Sequence record: MT129652.1
Direction: 5' to 3' (one strand)
Source of the DNA: Escherichia phage MN01
Length of the DNA: 64,000 bases
Shown here: piece by piece, positions 58,073 to 64,000 of the stretch
Layout of the letters: every line of letters starts with the position of its first letter
How positions within the stretch are numbered: the stretch's first letter is position 1
The notes under the pieces: model-generated
Database searches by the model: none
Seen by the model: only the letters and a program-made list of their open reading frames with translations
What the model was told of the DNA's origin: nothing
Program-made: the position numbers and the translations under genes

Positions 58073-58338
58073 TGCACATCAATCATACAATGATATCCAT
58101 CCAGGACCTGGGAACGTTTTGTGTGGATGAATTCATGAAAATAACATTCTTCCCGCATGCAGAAGGATATGGCTCTTGGGAGTCTCATATCGGCATGTTG
58201 AATGAAGGACAATACCGCAACGAGCATGACCGTCTGATGGAATTCATTAGTGATGCCGAGGTTATTCCTTATATTGACATTCATGAATTTAAGGCAATTA
58301 TGGAGAAGGTCTTTCAGGCTTACTGTTTACTTCGCTAA
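58072..58338 (+). CDS. hypothetical protein
   Basis: 88 aa ORF. Confidence 0.45.
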   Translation: MHINHTMISIQDLGTFCVDEFMKITFFPHAEGYGSWESHIGMLNEGQYRNEHDRLMEFISDAEVIPYIDIHEFKAIMEKVFQAYCLLR

Positions 58339-58386
58339 TGCTTTGTATCAAGGATGATATAATATTCATATACTAAGTGAGGCGAT

Positions 58387-58944
58387 ATGAACGAAATTAA
58401 ATTAACTAAGAATAACTATGTAAATAATAAAGAGCTTTTGAAAGCTATTTCGGAGTGGAAACAGAAGCTGAATGCGAACACCGACCCGAATAAAATTATT
58501 CGCCAGAACGATGTTATTGGTCTGGCAATTATGCTTATAGCCGAAGGTCTTAGCAAACGTTTCAACTTCTCCGGATATACCCAATCTTGGAAGCAAGAAA
58601 TGATTGCAGACGGAATTGAGGCCGCAATAAAAGGTCTTCACAACTTCGACGAAACAAAATACGATAATCCACATGCTTACATAACAATGGCTTGCTTCAA
58701 TGCTTTCGTTCAGCGTATCAAAAAAGAACGTAAAGAAATGGCAAAGAAATATAGCTACTTCGTCCATAACGTGTATGATTCACGTGACGACGATATGGTG
58801 GCTCTGGCTGATGAAACATTTATCCAGGACATCTATGACAAAATGACACAGTACGAATCCTCTTTAGTTAAAGCGCCAGGGTCTGATAAGAGCGCCAAAG
58901 ATAAAGAAGGTGATTTGGATTTTTTATATGGAACATCAATTTGA
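58387..58944 (+). CDS. 55: late-transcription sigma factor (T4 gp55)
   Basis: 185 aa; [65 protein letters not shown] matches T4 gp55. Confidence 0.93.
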   Translation: MNEIKLTKNNYVNNKELLKAISEWKQKLNANTDPNKIIRQNDVIGLAIMLIAEGLSKRFNFSGYTQSWKQEMIADGIEAAIKGLHNFDETKYDNPHAYITMACFNAFVQRIKKERKEMAKKYSYFVHNVYDSRDDDMVALADETFIQDIYDKMTQYESSLVKAPGSDKSAKDKEGDLDFLYGTSI

Positions 58945-59161
58945 TATTACCGATTTTTTAGATAAAATCGAGGAAGACTTTACTGCGCTCCCATATTTCA
59001 TTAAACTTTATCTGCGAGACATAAAAGGTCTTCCAATTGATATCGACCCTTTAAACGTCCGGAATCTGGAATTTACTTCACCGGATAATAACGTTGATTA
59101 CCGTTATCATGTGGATAATGCTAATCTATATTTTACAATTGAGTTAACTCCCAAGGATTAA
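58928..59161 (+). CDS. hypothetical protein
   Basis: start moved to MEHQFD; overlaps the gene 55 end. Confidence 0.4.
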   Translation: MEHQFDITDFLDKIEEDFTALPYFIKLYLRDIKGLPIDIDPLNVRNLEFTSPDNNVDYRYHVDNANLYFTIELTPKD

Positions 59162-59162
59162 T

Positions 59163-59474
59163 ATGCAAGCTCCAGATATTTCTCAACTGACCGATAAGCA
59201 GATTGAAGAAGCACAGGAACGTCTCGAAGAAGCGAACGCGCTCGAAGCACAGAGTCAAGCAGCAAAGATTCTGAAAAAGAATGCTCGTGAAATTGCACGA
59301 CTGAATAAGCATGCTCAAGGGGCAGTGCTGGAAAACAATTTTGAAGCATACAAATACGCTTTAGCTAAACTGCGTGGGATTTACCGCCAACCCGTTACGG
59401 AAGACCTGATTAAGTTGATGTGGGATTCTACTCGCAAACAAATTTGGGAAATCGTAAATGGCATTAGTAAATAA
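59163..59474 (+). CDS. hypothetical protein
   Basis: 103 aa helical ORF. Confidence 0.45.
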   Translation: MQAPDISQLTDKQIEEAQERLEEANALEAQSQAAKILKKNAREIARLNKHAQGAVLENNFEAYKYALAKLRGIYRQPVTEDLIKLMWDSTRKQIWEIVNGISK

Positions 59475-59658
59475 ACCCTTTAAACGGCTTCTTATTGGAG
59501 CCGCTTTCAGACTTCGCTCATATGGTAATATCTGTATCAAGCAGACTGAAACCGAATATAAAATGGTTGGGCAGTATTCCGATGAAATTTTTCGGATTGA
59601 ACCTGTGGCCAAGGTTTGGGTGGATTCACATCAACTTAAGAAGTGGTGGCAACGATGA
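59458..59658 (+). CDS. small basic protein, hypothetical
   Basis: 66 aa ORF. Confidence 0.4.
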   Translation: MALVNKPFKRLLIGAAFRLRSYGNICIKQTETEYKMVGQYSDEIFRIEPVAKVWVDSHQLKKWWQR

Positions 59659-59747
59659 TAACGTGGACAGGTGGCTAATGAAAGACGAACATCCGGATTT
59701 TTAAGCTTATGAATGACGAATACGAAAAAGTTTAAGAGGTCATATGA

Positions 59748-59921
59748 ATGACGAATTCGACGGATTTTGATAAGATTAAATCTGACAAAAATGAGATGAT
59801 ACTTCAATTTGAAGCCGCTCGCATTAAAGCAGAAAATGAAGGTACTATTACCTATAAGCCTATCAAGTTCAGGTCTTCTCATGAACCTCTGTATGGTGTA
59901 TTAATTGGAAAGGAAGCCTAG
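59748..59921 (+). CDS. small protein (57 aa, below cutoff), hypothetical
   Basis: ATG after AGAGG; followed by a terminator; read by eye. Confidence 0.3.
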   Translation: MTNSTDFDKIKSDKNEMILQFEAARIKAENEGTITYKPIKFRSSHEPLYGVLIGKEA

Positions 59922-59934
59922 TGCTTCCTTTTTT
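59911..59934 (+). terminator. rho-independent terminator
   Basis: AGGAAGC-ctagt-GCTTCCT plus T6. Confidence 0.6.
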
Positions 59935-60118
59935 GCTTTATATTCGGGATGATAAAATGAACCAACTGAGGAGATTATATGGAATTATTTTTAGGATATG
60001 TTGTGTTATTCATGGCATTCTACACATTCACACGAGCTTGTTGGATAGGATTCTTTTCTACTCCTGACGGGTTCATTTCAATAATTTTATTTTGCACTGC
60101 GATAACGGCGCTTGGCTT

Positions 60119-61138
60119 ATGAAAATTTTAAATTTAGGTGATTGGCACTTGGGTGTCAAAGCTGACGACCCATGGGCTCAAAACATTCAACGTGATGGTA
60201 TTTTACAGGCGATTGCATATTCCAAAGCGAATGGAATTAAAGTCTGGATTCAATATGGTGATATTTTTGACGTCCGTAAGGCCGTAACGCATAAGACGAT
60301 GGAATTCAGCCGTGAGATTATGGAACTCCTTCGTGAAGCAGGAATTACTATGCACACGATAGTCGGGAACCATGACATGAATCTGAAGAATAAGATTCAT
60401 CCTAATGCTATCACTGAACTCCTGAATAAGTATGACCATGTTAAAATCTACGACAAGCCAACGACTGTTGATTTTGACGGTTGTCAGATTGATATGATTC
60501 CATGGATGTGTGACGAGAACGCGACTGACATTCATCAACACATCAAAACTTCTGGTGCCGAATATTGCATCGGTCACTGGGAATTAACCGGGTTTTATTT
60601 CTATAAAGGATTGAAATCCCACGGGCTTGAGCCTGATTTCCTTAAGAAGTACAAGCAGGTTTGGTCTGGACACTTCCATACCATTTCAGAAGCTGCAAAC
60701 GTTAAGTACATCGGGACACCATGGACATTAACGGCAGGTGATGAGAACGACCCGCGCGGGTTCTGGGAATTTGATACCAAAACCGAAGAGATGAAATTTA
60801 TTCCGAATGAAACCACCTGGCATCGGAAGATTTTCTATCCAAACGAAACTATTAACTACGACGACTTCAAAGACTTATCAGTCCGTGTTATTGTAGAAAA
60901 AGTCGATAAAGACCTGACCAAGTTCGAATCCGAATTAGAAAAGCGTGTGCATGAATTGCGTGTTGTCAATAAGGTTGATAACAGTGTTGATACGACTGAC
61001 TCCGAAGAAGAGTTAGATATAAAACGCTTAACTGATATGATGGCAGAATATATCGATGCATTACCTGACGCCAATGAGAAAGAATCAAAAGCTCTCAAAG
61101 CATTGGCCAACAAATTATACCTTGAGGTGCAACCATGA
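60119..61138 (+). CDS. 47: recombination endonuclease subunit, Mre11-like (T4 gp47)
   Basis: start moved to MKILNLGDWHLG; phosphoesterase motifs GDIFD, GNHD, GHFH; collinear with T4 gp47. Confidence 0.93.
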   Translation: MKILNLGDWHLGVKADDPWAQNIQRDGILQAIAYSKANGIKVWIQYGDIFDVRKAVTHKTMEFSREIMELLREAGITMHTIVGNHDMNLKNKIHPNAITELLNKYDHVKIYDKPTTVDFDGCQIDMIPWMCDENATDIHQHIKTSGAEYCIGHWELTGFYFYKGLKSHGLEPDFLKKYKQVWSGHFHTISEAANVKYIGTPWTLTAGDENDPRGFWEFDTKTEEMKFIPNETTWHRKIFYPNETINYDDFKDLSVRVIVEKVDKDLTKFESELEKRVHELRVVNKVDNSVDTTDSEEELDIKRLTDMMAEYIDALPDANEKESKALKALANKLYLEVQP

Positions 61139-61398
61139 GACTTTATGATTTTAATGAAGCGGGGCTTGAGCATATCCGCGAATGTGATGTGGTTGACGAC
61201 GATAATCAACCGAATACTATTAAGTATTGGTTTGAAGCTATCACTGACCGGGAAACCGGTCAACTTATCAAAGTCTATGTAGTCACCGATTGGGCCGTGG
61301 AATTTAGCTTTAATGTAATGGAAGATGATACTCCAGAGACATTAATTCATATGGCTGAATCATGCATCAAGGATGCTTATTATGATGAAGACTTTTGA
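61135..61398 (+). CDS. hypothetical protein (T4 46.1 position)
   Basis: 87 aa ORF between 47 and 46. Confidence 0.5.
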   Translation: MRLYDFNEAGLEHIRECDVVDDDNQPNTIKYWFEAITDRETGQLIKVYVVTDWAVEFSFNVMEDDTPETLIHMAESCIKDAYYDEDF

Positions 61399-61591
61399 AT
61401 TTAATCTTGACGATGAATTTGTAGCAAATATTGATTATACCGAAGAAGATTCTAGATATATCGGAATAATTTATATCACATCAAAAACGGCGCAGGGAGT
61501 GGTTTGCATGGCTGAATTTGATGAATGCTTTTTAGATTATGATGATATGATAGAATGGTCTAAAAGATACATTAAAAGGAATCTTTTGTGA
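61373..61591 (+). CDS. hypothetical protein (T4 46.2 position)
   Basis: 72 aa ORF between 47 and 46. Confidence 0.45.
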   Translation: MLIMMKTFEFNLDDEFVANIDYTEEDSRYIGIIYITSKTAQGVVCMAEFDECFLDYDDMIEWSKRYIKRNLL

Positions 61592-63270
61592 AGACTTTTA
61601 AGCTTAAGAAAGTTATCTATAAAAATATTATGTCGGTTGGTGCTCAACCGATTACTGTTGAACTGGATAAAGTCCAGAAAACTCTGGTCACCGGCAAGAA
61701 TGGTGCGGGTAAATCTACGTTCCTTGAAGCGGTTACTTTTGCTATGTTCGGTAAGCCTTTCCGTGATGTAAAGAAAGGCCAGTTGATTAACTCGAGCAAC
61801 AAAAAAGATATGCTCGTTGAATTGTGGATGGAATATGATGGAAAAGAATACTATATCAAACGCGGGCAAAAACCCAATGTTTTTGAAATCTCTTGTGGCG
61901 GTAAACGTCTTGATGAATCTGCCAGCAGTAAAGACTTCCAAGCGGAATTTGAACAGCTTATCGGAATGTCATACGCCAGTTTCAAACAAATCGTCGTACT
62001 CGGCACAGCTGGATATACCCCTTTTATGGGCCTATCCACTCCTGCAAGAAGAAAACTCGTCGAAGACCTGTTAGAGGTTTCTGTACTGGCCGATATGGAT
62101 AAGCTGAACAAATCTCTTATCCGCGAAGTCAATAGCCAAATCCAGGTTATGGATGTACAGCATGACGGTATCGTTCAACAGATTAAAATCTATCAGGACA
62201 ATGAAGACCGTCAAAGAAAATTGTCAGGTGATAATCTGTTGCGACTGCAAACGATGTATGATGAACTTGCCACAGAAGCACGTGGAATCAAGGCAACTAT
62301 CGAAGAAGCAACGACAAGACTGACTGAAATAATCTTGGGAGAAGACCCCGAGCATGAACTCACGAAGTTAAAGCAGGAATCATTCCTGATTAAATCGAAG
62401 ATTGACGATTATCGAAAGGTTGTCAGCCTGTACGAGAAAGGTGGTTGTTGTCAGACTTGTGCTAGTCAGTTGCATCCAGGAGACCCTATTGTCGCCAGGA
62501 TTGAGTCAAAGATTGAAGAATGTAATGCATCGGCTGATAAGCATAAAGCTCGTCAGAATGCTGTTCAGGAGCAATTTGATACGTATTCTGCTGCAAGACA
62601 AAACCAGCGTACAATAGCACAAGACATTCAAACTAAGAAACAAACCTTAGTCCAGACTGTCGAAAAGGCTAAAAAGGTTAAAGCATTAATCGAGCAAGCC
62701 AAGTCAGAATTCATTGACCACGCAGCAGACATTAAAATGCTTCAAGACCAGCTTGATAAAATAGTCAAACAGAAATCTGACCTTGTGATGGAAAAATATC
62801 AACGTGGTATCCTAACGGATATGTTGAAAGATTCTGGTATTAAGGGCGCGATTATTAAGAAATATATTCCTATCTTTAATAAGCAGATAAACGCTTATCT
62901 TAAAGTTATGGAAGCTGATTATAGCTTTACGTTAGATGAAGAGTTCAACGAAACGATTAAATCTCGTGGTCGTGAAGACTTCAGCTATGCATCATTTAGC
63001 CAGGGTGAAAAAGCTCGTATCGATATTGCATTGCTGTTTACATGGCGCGATATTGCTGCAAAAGTATCTGGTGTGCAAATTAGTACGTTGATTCTGGATG
63101 AGGTCATGGATTCAGCCACTGACGCCGAAGGCATCAAAGCTATCCAGGCAATTATCAATAAATTGGAAGGTCAAAACGTGTTTATCATCAGTCACCGAGA
63201 CCATGACCCAGAAGCATATGGACAGCATCTTCAAATGAAAAAAGTCGGTCGATTTACTGTTCTGGAATGA
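61588..63270 (+). CDS. 46: recombination endonuclease subunit, Rad50-like ATPase (T4 gp46)
   Basis: 560 aa, same length as T4 gp46; Walker A GKNGAGKST; zinc hook CCQTC; C-terminal LILDEV..D and IISH. Confidence 0.93.
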   Translation: MKTFKLKKVIYKNIMSVGAQPITVELDKVQKTLVTGKNGAGKSTFLEAVTFAMFGKPFRDVKKGQLINSSNKKDMLVELWMEYDGKEYYIKRGQKPNVFEISCGGKRLDESASSKDFQAEFEQLIGMSYASFKQIVVLGTAGYTPFMGLSTPARRKLVEDLLEVSVLADMDKLNKSLIREVNSQIQVMDVQHDGIVQQIKIYQDNEDRQRKLSGDNLLRLQTMYDELATEARGIKATIEEATTRLTEIILGEDPEHELTKLKQESFLIKSKIDDYRKVVSLYEKGGCCQTCASQLHPGDPIVARIESKIEECNASADKHKARQNAVQEQFDTYSAARQNQRTIAQDIQTKKQTLVQTVEKAKKVKALIEQAKSEFIDHAADIKMLQDQLDKIVKQKSDLVMEKYQRGILTDMLKDSGIKGAIIKKYIPIFNKQINAYLKVMEADYSFTLDEEFNETIKSRGREDFSYASFSQGEKARIDIALLFTWRDIAAKVSGVQISTLILDEVMDSATDAEGIKAIQAIINKLEGQNVFIISHRDHDPEAYGQHLQMKKVGRFTVLE

Positions 63271-63290
63271 GCCTCTTATTGAGGCTTCAT
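63271..63290 (+). terminator. terminator hairpin after gene 46
   Basis: GCCTC-ttatt-GAGGC then T-rich tract; the hairpin overlaps the stop of the convergent HNH gene. Confidence 0.5.
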
Positions 63291-63992
63291 TTTGCAGTTA
63301 TCAAAATGCCAACGTTTCATATTAGCTGGCATACCGACTACATTACAGTGTGGACACTGAATTTTGGGGTCCACCTTTTTCTTCCGGTTTGGATTGGATT
63401 TGCAGAATTGTTGGTGAGTGGATATAACACACTTTTTACCTTCAAGCCCGCAAAATTCACAATTTAAAATTTCATGTTTAGCTTGTTTTAAACCTACTGA
63501 AATTTTTTGCTTTTGCTTTTCCGGAATAGTATGAACAACCTTGTTTGGACCTTTGGAACAGTTATCAAAATGCCAACGATTCATATTGCCAGCGAGACCG
63601 GTTTTTCCACAGTGTGGACATTCGACTCTCGGTTTTAATTTGGCGGATTCTGACATTTTCTTTCTGGTTTCATCGGAGAAAATTTTATTTTGTTGAGCTT
63701 CCAAGTTTTTACGACGAAGCCATCCAAATAATTTGTTTTTGCTTCTGTCGGCATTTGGTGCAGAAACTGTCATCATGCGCGCGGCATAGACCAAAGAAGC
63801 GTTATTTGGATGCATTTTGACCAACAGTTGATGGCAAACGAAATGTTCCTCGGGAGTTAAATCAACAAGATTTGAAGCGTCGTCAGCCCCACCCATACAA
63901 CGGGGTATAATGTGATGGCTTTCAGAGTATGTGGTTAATTTGCGATTCAATGCTCTGCTAATAAGCTTTTGGTAAATGATGTTATAATTCAT
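63276..63992 (-). CDS. HNH homing endonuclease-like protein with duplicated zinc-finger modules
   Basis: HNH motif HHIIPRCMGGADDASNLVDLTPEEH; repeated CPHC....NM.RWHFDNC modules; opposite strand to all flanking genes. Confidence 0.7.
   Translation of the reverse strand: MNYNIIYQKLISRALNRKLTTYSESHHIIPRCMGGADDASNLVDLTPEEHFVCHQLLVKMHPNNASLVYAARMMTVSAPNADRSKNKLFGWLRRKNLEAQQNKIFSDETRKKMSESAKLKPRVECPHCGKTGLAGNMNRWHFDNCSKGPNKVVHTIPEKQKQKISVGLKQAKHEILNCEFCGLEGKKCVISTHQQFCKSNPNRKKKVDPKIQCPHCNVVGMPANMKRWHFDNCKMKPQ
63276..63992 (-). mobile_element. putative free-standing homing endonuclease insertion between genes 46 and 45
   Basis: antisense HNH gene in an otherwise unidirectional block, at a site where I do not recall a homing endonuclease in T4. 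Confidence 0.45.
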
Positions 63993-64000
63993 ATCAGACC

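Noticed and set aside
60203-60577. 124-aa minus-strand ORF
   Set aside because: Antisense within the gene 47 coding region.

Overview
The window is a contiguous 64 kb segment of a T4-like (Tevenvirinae-type) phage genome, in reverse-complement orientation relative to the conventional T4 map. Identification rests on reading the six-frame translations against remembered T4 protein sequences; no database search was run. Positions 83-19849 (minus strand) hold the late structural module in T4 order: 16, 15, 14, 13, wac (fibritin), 12, 11, 10, 9, 8, 7, 6, 5.4, a 5.1-position ORF, 5, 53. From 19898 to 63270 (plus strand) lies the early/middle region: 4, 2, 3, 1, 57A, 57B (Acb1-like), an expanded array of internal-protein-like genes with capsid-targeting N-termini, two tRNAs (anticodons CAU and UCU), many small ORFs, nudE, lysozyme e, denV, regB, thymidine kinase, rI, nrdC, endonuclease VII (49), late sigma gp55, and the recombination nuclease genes 47 and 46. 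A minus-strand HNH homing-endonuclease-like gene sits at 63276-63992. The plus-strand region is hyperplastic. It carries (i) about a dozen copies of a repeated early-promoter/leader cassette, (ii) three paralog families defined by short conserved C-terminal tails on otherwise diverged proteins, (iii) several hairpins that sequester ribosome-binding sites, and (iv) accessory genes not typical of the T4 core: a TARG1/DarG-like macrodomain, a pol-beta-type nucleotidyltransferase, a TraR/DksA-like zinc finger and a P-loop protein. The best candidates for undescribed biology are the paralog arrays (especially five tandem small acidic proteins ending in W-x-x-S-S-x-E-C) and the macrodomain/nucleotidyltransferase accessory genes. 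CDS coordinates follow the supplied ORF track, with starts moved where homology or a Shine-Dalgarno sequence indicated. Coordinates of small non-coding features were counted by hand and may be off by 1-2 nt.
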